In this document: in pieces, positions 13,501-25,500 of the stretch | Layout: every line of letters starts with the position of its first letter | Position numbering within the stretch: position 1 is the first letter of the stretch | Assembly (NCBI GenBank): GCA_040954595.2 | Contig: CM082577.2 | Span: 13,027,903 to 13,091,902, forward strand | DNA from: Balanoglossus misakiensis | Lineage: Eukaryota > Animalia > Hemichordata | Direction of reading: 5' to 3' | DNA: 64,000 nt | Notes under the pieces: generated by a model | Told to the model about the DNA's origin: nothing | Database searches by the model: none | Seen by the model: only the letters and a program-made list of their open reading frames with translations | Made by a program: the position numbers and the translations under genes

Positions 13501-16500
13501 CGCTAGAATTAGAACCATTTGGAGTCATGAAACAGCATGATATTCGTGTGCTCAAAGACTTCAGGAATGGGTCGATTCCGTTTCACTTTTACAACATGGA
13601 CTTTGTCGATGATCCCGTCGACGGTGGAGATTTCATTGCTGTCTTAATCGGAAAATTATGGATTCACGGGTAGGTCCAGCTGCATGTTTTAGAACCTTTG
13701 ATACACAGTCATCAGCAATTTTGCTCGTTGTTTCGAAAGGCGTGTTATTATTATAATAACACGGCTATTTTTTCGTGTATACTGCTTTATTTTTGTCAAA
13801 TGTGCGTTCGGGTAGGAGCAAAATTAGTATGTTAAAATGGAAATGTTTGCTATCTATGAAATCTACACCACCACTGGGCTTCGGTTGTTGTTGTTGTTAT
13901 TTATTTCATTTGCTTTTTCACGCGAGTATGAACGAGTTTATGCGGTAAACCAGGCTATGTGAAACCTAATTAACACTCTAAGTTGTGACGCCCCGTTCAT
14001 TTCAGAAATGTCAGAGGACTAAGACAGTACAGATTCAATACGAGGAGAGCTGATGCCAGCATTGATGGAGACTCCTTCACTGTCCAGAGTGTAACGGCAA
14101 GAAAAGATGACAGATCTAATGGTAGGCGCCATTATAGTGAAGCTGAAATTTCCATGTGCATCGATTGGTGTCCTCTGACAGAGTGTAAATATAACATCTA
14201 CAGTCGACAAGGGGACAGCACTTACAAGCTGCGGGCGTGCCAAGTACCAGGTATGTCATTGAGTTTTATACTGCGCGCACTCGTCTTTCTCACATTGATA
14301 AATGCCAGATAATTAACAAGTTTCTACTATTGTCATTTTCACGAAATTTTACACATAGCTCAGTCAAGTAAATGTAAATTTATTGGTCAAATAAAATCGT
14401 GCGGTCACCGCCCTCTATTTTAAATTTGAGATAAATTTCGTTAACATATTTGCCTATTGACAGACCATTGGGGAAAAATGCTGAGTCAGCAGTTTTCTTC
14501 TATTTTCGTCTAAATTCATGGCTGTGTTTTAAAAACAAGCGCGGTGACCCATATATTTTATCACAGATTTTCATTATACATACACAAGATAATGCAAAAA
14601 AAATCAACAATTATAAAAGAAATTACAATACTTTTAATTTTGACCAACGTACATCCTTAAAACACTAAAATTCTGAATGGTCAGAAATGGTCAGTGTGTA
14701 CTCTGCAAGTGCCTCATGGTTGTATGTTGCCTCGTGTTCTGTATTCAACACTCAGGGACTGGATACTCCCAACACAGAACCATCGAAAGTCTCAAACAAA
14801 AGGCCCTTGGTGTAAAATGTCGGCCAGAAGATTTCCAGAAAATGAAATGTTTGGTTTCGGAATCGTCTCCTAGCAACAAATGTTCCGACTCCTGGAACGA
14901 AGATGACATTGCACTTGAACCAATTTCTAGATTGTTTTGTAAGTATGACCACTATCTTATTATCTCAGTTTTGTTTTCTATAATTTGAATGGCCAATATC
15001 TGTATCTGTTGGCTATTTTTTCAGTAGTTTTGTTTTTGTGTACAAAAGACAATTTCTTGACCTTCTCCACATTGTATCCCCAAATAAGCTTACTTCAAGC
15101 TTACTGGTCATCGACAAGTCATGTATATTGTAGCTATCATTGCGACCTCGAAGCATACATAACCCTTTCCTATGAATTTGTGTCGTAGGTTTTGTCAGGA
15201 TACTATCGTGTGATATCCGGTAGTAAGGGTAGATGTGTCCAGCTTTACGTGGGTATTCATTTACAACTGCAGCATTCTATTTCACTGTTTCGTTTGAATA
15301 AGACAACATACATCAATTTTTTTTCTGTGAAATCTTTGTCAGATTCTGATGACCTTGAGGAAGAAGAGAAAGATAATATACGCTACCGTTTCTGCCAGAG
15401 CAACATCATCAATACACTTTTTTGGGATGAATATCAAGAATCAAACACGGAATCTTCATCAGAAAGTACGAGCACCAAATTTTCTTAACCTGATAGGTAT
15501 TTTGGCGCCAGAGGTTGCACGGGCTGGGGCCTCGCCAAGGGACCAATGTGTATTGATATGCTAATCACGGCCGTCCACTTATGAACGTTACGAATTAACA
15601 TAGCATCTGCATAAACTCAAGTTGATTATCAATTTGCATGCAGCTGCATTATTTTGTCACTGAGGGAATTTACCGAGGCAATCAAAGTCTTGAAAATGTT
15701 CACTCTTAAATTTGAGAATGAAAATTGGAGCAATTATCTCCAACATTATCTCAAATTTGACATATGCCGCCAATCTCTGTTAAACTCTGTGAGTGAATAA
15801 GGAGATACTTGACTACTTATCATTCAATCGAATTTAGCAATGAGACCCGACTATTTTGACTTTCTTATGTGTGTGTGATCATTATGGAAAACCGAATTCA
15901 TTCAAAGTTAGATGCACATCGTAAATGCTGTCAACAATTAAGAGAGGTGCATGACGGAAGCAAAAACACGTGCATATAAGCATATTTGAATATACTTTTT
16001 TGTTGTGTGCGTCGTTGTTGTAGAGAAAGAGACAACAAAGAAGCGTCGACGTAGAGATGTCTACGGCCCGACAGCAGATCCAAGTGACTGCCAACAATTT
16101 TTCCTGGGTGGTAACTGGCCGCCATCGACAACAAATGATAAAGATACGGTAAAAATCTGCCATCCAAATTGTTTTGGAGAGGAAGAAGAGCATGAATATT
16201 GCTTTGCTACTTTGTACAACACCAAGCTCAGGCAAGTATCAAAATAAAGCCCTATAAGCTGCCACTATTCTGTTCAACCGTTCGGTCCTCGTCTTCATGA
16301 TGTCCTTGATCAACCGACAATTAAAAAAAAACTGGAGGAAGTTCACGCAGTCGGGTAGTTTTCTTTTTTAGTACATTGGATACGGTTTAGCGTAGCTGGA
16401 TACACTTGCATACCAATGATCAAAATCCAGTAAAAATAAGGTTCGGGGTGGGTGGTGATGGGGGGGGGGGGAGAAACTGACTATAAATTCATAGCCACTA

Positions 16501-19500
16501 TGCATATCGTAATTGATGCAATTCCGCCACTAACAGTGCTTAGTCTCGTTTATCAGAAGCAAGATATTATTGATATCAGTACCAGACGATCAGCAGTAGA
16601 TGCTATTTACCATCCGAGTTAGAATGGTCAAAATCTGAAAATGGTTACTATTTGAAACTTTTGTTCTCCACCTCATTAAAGAGGTTCATATGGGATGAGT
16701 AAGCATGTGTCAGTCACTATGAGGCACATGTAACTCAATTTAGAAATGTCAGAGCATGCTTTAATTGAACAGCTGGACAACACATTTCAAACAGTCTCTA
16801 CTAAATAATTTTACTGAAGTTAATGATGTAAACTATGCTCCCTATTCAAACAGCAAATTGTGAGCCTGGCTTCAATGTGCAAAATAACATCAAAGTGTCA
16901 CTGAAAAAGATCCTCAGCGAACGCCCATTTTCATAAACATAGATAGAAACTTGATTTAGAGTCATTTGACTTTGACGAGGCATCGGGGGTTTGGTTTGAC
17001 AAAAACAACAACAAGAAGAACGTCCACTGGGGAATAGTCCGTCGTTTCAGTTGTTGTATTGATCCCTGAATCCATTTATGCGTCAAGCATATACCTATAT
17101 TTAAAGTGCACACTTTATGAACCCTTTCCTATTTTTGAAATTTCACCTTGCAGGATGGCAGATTATTCTGCATACACTGTGACTACGCCAGCACCAGACA
17201 GAGACCGTCAAAAGCGTGAAGCCGTAGGTTATTATCGTACATTGTGGAAACGGTTCGAAATAGGTATATCAACTCGATTTTGTAGCGTTTTAGACATTAA
17301 AACTGACAAGAATGGGCCACATTCAAAGAATTCTGTTGTCTTAACATTGGTTAAATGAAATGGGCCCCAGAACAAGCATTTTAACTTGGTTTTGAGACTT
17401 ACTTATTTGTACTTTTTGCAGTTATAATGAAAACCTCATTTAAAATGAATATCAAAGTAAAAATAAAAATCAAATCCAAAGCAAAAATCGAAGCGAAAAT
17501 CAAAAGGAAAACTAAAATAAGAATAAGAACCCTAAAATATTATTTAACAAATAAGATTTCTGTTAAGACAGTCAATGTTATTCCGTGAGCCTCCTCGGTT
17601 ACCGTACTCTACTGCACTGATATATAGTATAATTTCTATTTATCACCAAAGTCTTATTTTGATTGTTTTTTTTTTACTTTAGATGTATGCAATCTCCATT
17701 TTTAAGACAAACGTATCATTGTGTAGCTATTTTTAAAAAAATTTTGTCTACATGGTTTTCTTTCCATTGAGTGTGCAGCCCTTTTGGTATGATGTTACTT
17801 TGACAATGGGAGATGCTTTTGTAAGGTCTTTGAATGACATTTTTCCGTTTTCCAGGTCTTTGTATGGCAGACAACCAGCCTTTGTATAAGACAGACAAGG
17901 AAGCGTGCACAAATCTTGGTCCAGTGAACCTACTGAGAGGAGGTCGTGTTAAATTACTTAATAAGACAGTGGTCAACACCGAGGACATCTGTGGCGTACA
18001 ATTGACGGCTGATGACTGCATGCGTAGGTTTTACATATTAATAACTATGTGATGCCGTGAAAGCAATTTACAAATTCGTATATTCATTATGTCAAATGCT
18101 CATCAAGGCCTATATGTACTCCAACAGAAGACGAGTGTTTTCGTTGTTGGTTTGGTCGTGTTGTTGAATGTAATGTGTGAGTGGGTCACATCGCGTTTTC
18201 TTTTCACATATGGCCTACCATGTTTAATTTCATTTATCGCATCAAAGGCTTGACAATTGTTTAAGTAGGCTTATTACACCTCACGTATTATACCATATTC
18301 GTGATTGGCTGAGACGCGCTCACGTGATATAGAAAAAAAAGTGATATAACATGGCTAGAGTTGATAAAGCCCTGTCGCGTGCGCTGATATTGCCCGCTGG
18401 GTTGTTTTGTGTTCTGCGCGCGACTTCTGCGCGTTCCAAACTGTCGTTCAATGGCTTCCTCCACGATCAGTCAACTCCCGCATCTATGGCTTCAAAGCGA
18501 CATATAGGCTTAACACCTGTTCAACTGGACGATATTTTACCACAAACGGACAGTAAATACAACAAAATCGCAACCAACAGTGCAGTATTTTCAAAATAAT
18601 CTAAGTTCGAAGTAGGTATCGTATAATTATTATACATCTAGTGCCGAGAACAATAGATTTTGGCGTGCAATAAAAAGCCGTACGGAACGGTACGTACGGA
18701 ACGCGCGTTAAATAAGCCTTAGTTTCAAGGCGCCCCAAACTCACCGTGTACAGGTATGCGTTGTTATGCGGACGGTTTCAAGACGCCCGCATTCCAACGC
18801 ACGTGCGCACACGTAAACAAAAAACAAAGATGGCTGCTCACTGAGTCAACTGAGCGGTTTTCGATCGATTGTATCGGCATTTTGGGCGTTTTGAAAGCCA
18901 AGTAACATGCAAAACAAGAACTAACGGAGATGTAAGATGTATAATAATAAGGTTATTACGAAAATACCGCAAAGTATGCACTCGGACATTAGCGCAGCGC
19001 ATCGCCCTCCGCTACGCGTCGGGCGATACTCAGCGCTAATGTCCTCGTGCATACTTTGCGGTATTTTCGTAATAACCTCATATTATTATACATCTAGTGC
19101 CGAGAACAATAGATTTTGGCGTGCAATAAAAAGCCGTACGGAACGGTACGTACGGAACGCGCGTTAAATAAGCCTTAAGGCCGAGTTACACGAGGCAACT
19201 CGGCAGGCAACTCGGTAGGCAACTCGACGCGCAACCCGAGTCGCGTCGCTACATCGAACAGTTACACGGGGCGACTCGACTGGCAACGAGTTGAGCGTAA
19301 ACAGGGGCTGCGCATGTGCAGCCGCCTCAGAAGCCGATCAACAATTCGATCTTTATCAGATCAATGCATAAATATTTGGTGATTATTCTGGTAACAGCAT
19401 GCATATATTATACTTGTCAATTAGCTGATCAACCTGGTCATCTGACCAAGTATTTTTTCCTGGAAAAAAACAGTTTGCGAATTTCAATTGCACACAATAC

Positions 19501-22500
19501 GTATACTTTCTCCACTATGTATTGCTATTGACATAATAAACTAACTGGTTTTGCACTTCAACAGTATCCTCATCAATAAAAACACGTTTTTTTTCTCAGT
19601 TAGCAGGTGATATGCAAGTCTATATCAGTAAAGAAATAATACTAGTTTGGGTGTTTAGTTTAATTGATGAATACGGAATTTTTAATCGTGATACCAAATT
19701 GGACAACATTTAAACGTTACTAAATATTTTTTAATAACAAAAGAGTAACTTAAGTTTAATTACAAAAACATTGATTTTATTTAAAATGTACTTGAAACCA
19801 GGTACTAGTATATTTTAAATCCGGCGAGTTTAAAGGTACATGAGCTGCAACTGGATAAAAAATTCAAGTTTTAAATAATCTCATACATGCTTTTAATTAT
19901 GTCTATGATATTTCATGATAATATATCAAGCTCAACACTTATTTATGACAAAATGGCCAAAAATTAAAGAAAAACGAAAATTCCTGCAATTTAAAAAAAA
20001 GGTGCAATATTGCAATGAAAAATGAAAATCTGATGTCTCAGTGGTGTACATTTACTTCCATGAGCTCAAGTGGATGAGATCGTGTTTTATTTATGAAGTT
20101 TCATAACTGGAAATGCAACATTTTCATTGTTTCTTGCATTTTCCCACGGTGGCGGCCATAATCGCTTGCGGCAAAGCTTTATTATTTATCTGGTTAAAAC
20201 TTGCATATGCACTCATATTTAGGGTTTATAATGCTTGTGTATAGTTCACTGCCTTCATCTGCATGGACTAATGGTAGTGCAGTTTGAAACAAAAATTATG
20301 AAAATTATCCCAAAAGTTACAGCTTACGTGCCTTTAAATCCTTGTAAAACAGGGGAGTAGATTATGGGGAAATTAAAAAAAGTTGCGCAATTTAACATTA
20401 AGATTACTGAATTATCAAACTGCACATCATACAAATGTGTGAAAAATGCTGAGCCAAAAGTTGTGCCAATCTGTAAAAACGTTATAATAAACAAAATCCA
20501 TGTTTCGAAATGCAGCGAAAGTAATAACAAGGCAAGTGGGACATTTCATTGTAGAAGAACGAAGTAGGCCTATATTTTGTAAAGAGGAAATATATTGTTT
20601 GATAGATTTGTTTGTATGTAAAATAATACAAATAGAACTATATTTGTATTTAAAAGTTGATATGACCGGGCGAAATAGACACGTGTTTTGCCCAAAAAGA
20701 TATATGATGTACACTGGCTGTGTAAGAACTCATGAACTGTGGGCGATAATCAAAAGCTGGCGTTTTCTTATTCTGAAATTTGGTTACGATATATCTGGTT
20801 ACGGTACCCCAAAAATCGGAAACGCAACAATGTCGAGTCAATCATCATAACCATTTTCACGGAACTGAATAGTAGTTTATTTTCATATTATCACTGGCAA
20901 GATAAACTAGTTGAAAGTTTCTTTAACAAAACTTGAGTTTATATGGAAATATTAAACTATAAATACATACAAATATCCGATTTCATAGCAAATACTTATT
21001 CCCCAATATTTTCGGAAGTCTACAGGTCTACAGTCTGTAGTTCCTGGTTCGGAAAATAATAAATAAACATCATTTTCGCATGTGCAGATGTCAACATTTA
21101 TTCGAGACAAAGTGGTAACGCGGGGCAACCGATTGCGCGTCAGGCAACTCGTCGCCCGAAAATCCGACATGACGGATTTTGAGGCGACGTCGCCAGACGC
21201 GTTCCATTGAGGCGACTACATCATACACACGAGGCAACTCGGTAGGCAACTCGGGTTGCGCGTCGAGTTGCCTACCGAGTTGCCTGCCGAGTTGCCTCGT
21301 GTAACTCGGCCTTTAGTTTCAAGGCGCCCCAAACTCACCGTGTACAGGTATGCGTTGTTATGCGAACGGTTTCAAGGCGCCCGCATTCCAACGCACGTGC
21401 GCACATGTAAACAAAAAACAAAGATGGCTGCTCACTGAGTCAACTGAGCGGTTTTCGATCGATTGTATCGGCATTTTGGGCGTTTTGAAAGCCAAGTAAC
21501 ATGCAACACAAGAACTAACGGAGATGTAAGATGTATAATAATAAGGTTATTACGAAAATACCGCAAAGTATGCACTCGGACATTAGCGCAGCGCATCGCC
21601 CTCCGCTACGCGTCGGGCGATACTCAGCGCTAATGTCCTCGTGCATACTTTGCGGTATTTTCGTAATAACCTCATATTCTTGGGAGATCGAGACATTTTA
21701 CATTCTCAGCAACGTACGACATATGGACGCGCGTCTACGTTCTTCTATGCCTGCCTTGTATGTACGTTCAAATGTTCGGCGTAATAAAATTAATAACACA
21801 TGATGCTCGGGAACATCACGATTTGAAGCCTGCTCTCGGGCTGGTGATCTCTGACCACAATATTGATGATACCCTCGCCTGCGGCTCGGGCATCATCAAT
21901 ATTATAGTCAGAGATCACCATCCCTCGTGCAGGCTTCAAATCGTGATATTGCCCTAGCTATCATGTGTTATTATTTAAATCTCGCTTGCCTAAGGCTACA
22001 CACGCGATTGTGCCATACCTTGGGCCAAGCTTGGGTGTCCTCAAAGCTTGTGTGAAGGTTTGCGATAAAGGTTTGGCTAAGCTTTTTTTCAACAAAGATT
22101 TGGCAAAGCTTCGTGCCGAAGCACAAGACAAGGTTTGCGCTAAACCTTGGACCAAGGTTACTGTCAAAGCTTTTTAAAATCTTGGTTAACAGAAAGCTTC
22201 GACGAAGCTTTGTTATGAACCTTTATCAAACCTTATTGTACGCCTATCGACAGCCAGTTTTGACCTAATCGCGCGACGTCCGGTGCTGCACGCATGTCAT
22301 CGGTCAGCAGCTTAGTTTGACAGGTCATTTTGCAATTTGAGCACGTGACAGACGTTATTTGTATCAAAACCTTACACCTGCCCTGATTAGTTGATGAAAA
22401 GTTGCAGTTTGCCGACTTCTTCCTCAAAATAAACATACGTTATGAACGAGGATCTATGGGCAAAGGTCATGTGACGTCATGAGATGCAACGTAAACTCTG

Positions 22501-25500
22501 GGACTCACGCGATGGATTTTGCCTGGTCGATGTACGTACGGGCTGTACGGCTACAACTATTTCAGAGGTGGGTAATTTCTGACAATGTTGTGTCCGTGTG
22601 TACATGGTGTTAAAATAGTTGGCAAGTGCCTCTCAGAAAACTGGTGTTTTGAACATTGTTTTCGCAAAAAACGACAACATTTATCAACATTACTTCCGCA
22701 CGCGCTTTGACTTTGAGTTTGAAACATGTCCGGGCGGGCCGGAGGCGCTCACGACGTTAATCGCGATCGTGTAATGTTTTTTTGAGTGTAGAAATATCCA
22801 CAGATTCTGGAATCAATGTCGCGAAAACAGAGTAATGACAACAGTTAATATGGAAATATGTACCTAGGTGCGTTTTAAGATGGAATTAGGAATAATCGGA
22901 ATAATGATGTTTAATTTCTCGTGTGAACTCTTCACCCGGGGCTGATGCGACTCTGTATTCATTTCACCCTCAGAGACCCTATGATAATTTTGGCATCGGG
23001 TTCTGTCTTTCGGTCAAACTTGTGTTAAACAGACAGAGCTCTGTTGATGTGTGGTGTGATGTGGTTTAATTATTAAGGCATGCCGAAACAAAACTTTCAT
23101 GATGGGATCAATGATTTTCTTTCTTTTCTTTCTATTTTTTTTCAGAGAGCATATGGTCACCAGGATAACTTGCTTCGGAAAACCAAAACAAGAGACATCA
23201 ATAATTTTATCCAATTTTGATTTTATAGTATTGTGATTCTTGTGAGGTTTGTCTTATTGTAACAGTATTGCTTGTATTTATATTGCATGTGTTATTAATG
23301 TGATATTGGATAATAAAAACAACTTTAAAATTCAAATACATTCATTGCCTGTAGTGTATTATTTGAACATTACCTTTATTTTATTTTCATCCAAATCAAG
23401 TCACAACAAACTCTCCTTGTAACTTTTATACTCATGTGTATCACTACAACTTCATTTAATTTTTGTCGGAATTAAATGAAGTAGCTAGTGATACACATGA
23501 GTATAAAAGTTACAAGGAGAGTTTGTTGTGACTTGATTTGGATGAAAATAAAATAAACATCTTCGACAAAGCTTCAAAAATTAAGCTTGTTTAAAGGTTT
23601 GTTTAGTAAAGCATTGTTGAAGGTTTTTTTCACCAAGCTTTGAAGACGCTTTGCAACCCCAACCTTGGCCAAAGATTGGAATTATAAGGTTTCACAAAGG
23701 TTGGTACAGCTTAGGTTCAACTAAGGCTAGTAATAAGAAGCTTCAGCGAAGGTTGACACACGACCCCTTCAGCAAAGGTCGGCACGCAAACTCTTGTAGT
23801 AAGCTTCAGCACAAAGCTTATTGCAACATTGTTCCAAGCTTTGTCCAAGGTACTGCACAATCCCGTGTGTAGAGGTACCTTAACGGAATCGCTCTGACAT
23901 CCGAATGGAACAACACGTTCAAAGGGAGTTTATCATATGCCTATATTCACGTGCCCATGTAAAGTCTATGGGGAAAAGCGCCCTCACATCCGTGCATTTT
24001 TTTTGCTTATCACGCCCCGGCCCGGTGACCATATTTGGAAGACGCGTTCAATATCCGGATCTAGTTTTGTGTTTATTGCGCGAGATTCGAAAGTTGTCGT
24101 TGCTACGTTCTGAATTAATTTTTTTCTGGTGCGGTGTCAGTGACTAGTGCACTTGCAGTGTGTGTATGTCCTATGCCGCTACCGAATCCCATCATCTCCC
24201 GTAATCGCTGCATGTTGTAGAGCTTTATTTGGAAATATGAATAGTAAAATTGATGATTTGATCTGATTAATGTGTGACTGTCGGCGTCGATCGTCGCGAA
24301 GAAAAAATAATGTTTTGCTCGCGCTCGGCTGTGTGAGTTCGAGCGCGTCTATATCTCACGTGCAATAGAATGTAAACAAATGACATCGTGCATATCAATC
24401 CGCAAGAACTGGAGGAATGCGCCTCTATGCTACGGGATAGATCCTTTCAAAACGATAGATAAACACGTAATATTTACATTCCAAAATATTACAGAATGTG
24501 TATTTTATTAGTTTCTTGTAGATTATCGATCAATAAGGCATATGATAAAACCTTTACGGCCCTGATACGGGTTTTGCGGCCCTCGGTCGTACGGCGATTC
24601 GCGCCCTCCCTGCGGTCGGGCGCTTCCGCCGTACGACCTCGGGCCGCAAAACCCGTATCAGGGCCGTAAAGATTATTATGGTAAGAATAGAAACGAGCGC
24701 TTACTCGCATGCACACACTTTACCGGAGATTAGCCGGAGGGTTACCAGGAGGGGGTTTCATGCATATTTCACACAGCAGAGAAGGGACGTCACTTAATTT
24801 CCAACAATGTCCACTCAGTGAGGAAGACATCCGAGTCACATCTCTATGGCAAGCCAAATGTTGCAAAATTAAAAAAAAAAACATTTTGTGTTCATGAAAT
24901 TCATTTTTGTGTTCATGAAATCCATATGTGTGTTCATGAAATCTACGTTTGTGTTCATAAAAAAACATGTTTGTGTCTATAAATCCATCTTTGTGTTTAT
25001 GAAAACCATGTTTGTGTCAACGAATACATTTTTGTGTTCATGAACGTCATTTGTGTGTTCATGAAAACCATTTTTATGTTCACACTTTTTCAACACTAGA
25101 TGGCGCTCTGCAATATTTCAAGCAGACGTGCTATGTTCACTATTACTGGGGGTATATTTGAAACCATTGCTCTTGAAATACTAGTACCACTCCTTGTTTG
25201 GTTTTTCAACAGCTGCATATAGAATATATTTAAAGTACACATCCACTGTTGACGTGTTGCATAAACATGATACAAGACCCATCGCTCAAGTAGGCTACTT
25301 AATTTCTGTTCACCATATTCGAAATGGGTGCATCGCACCAACGAACGAATCAATAAATCAATACCAAGCTCAGCTAGTGAAGAAGTAAACCTTAGCTGAC
25401 CTATAAGATGTTCTACATATGTTTTACTGTATATAAAAAATTCATTTTGCTCTTATAATAATGTGCAGATGCGGTTCTATTTCATTTTCAGAACATCATA

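Larger units (their letters stand above)
18628..21676 (+). mobile_element. Two head-to-tail copies of hairpin-ended element B (~455 bp each); the second is split by a Harbinger-like insertion
   Basis: tattatacatctagtgccgagaac starts at ~18628 and ~19084. Identical hairpins at 18950-19078 and 21544-21672. Confidence 0.85.
18271..21973 (+). mobile_element. Hairpin-ended non-autonomous element A, interrupted by nested insertions; partial copy at ~60221-60601
   Basis: 18271-18620 and 21677-21696 are nearly contiguous in the copy at 60221-60601. Terminal hairpin at 21791-21973 with loop CTCG-cctgcgg-CTCG. Confidence 0.7.

Noticed and set aside
15189-15225. Possible extra exon after tcgtag
   Set aside because: In-frame TAG in the required phase, and the only nearby donor gives a phase incompatible with the next exon.
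16854-17070. Coding-looking stretch after an acceptor-like aacag within the GC-AG intron
   Set aside because: Stops in the candidate frames, no donor, and inclusion would break the conserved LYNTKLR-MADYSAY junction.
18937-19167. Duplicated ORF MYNNKVITKIPQSMHSD... (also 21531-21803)
   Set aside because: Translation of the element B hairpin; identity reflects repeat duplication, not a gene.
24882-25082. Short regularly spaced repeats (CRISPR- or iteron-like)
   Set aside because: Contiguous ~21-bp minisatellite without spacers.
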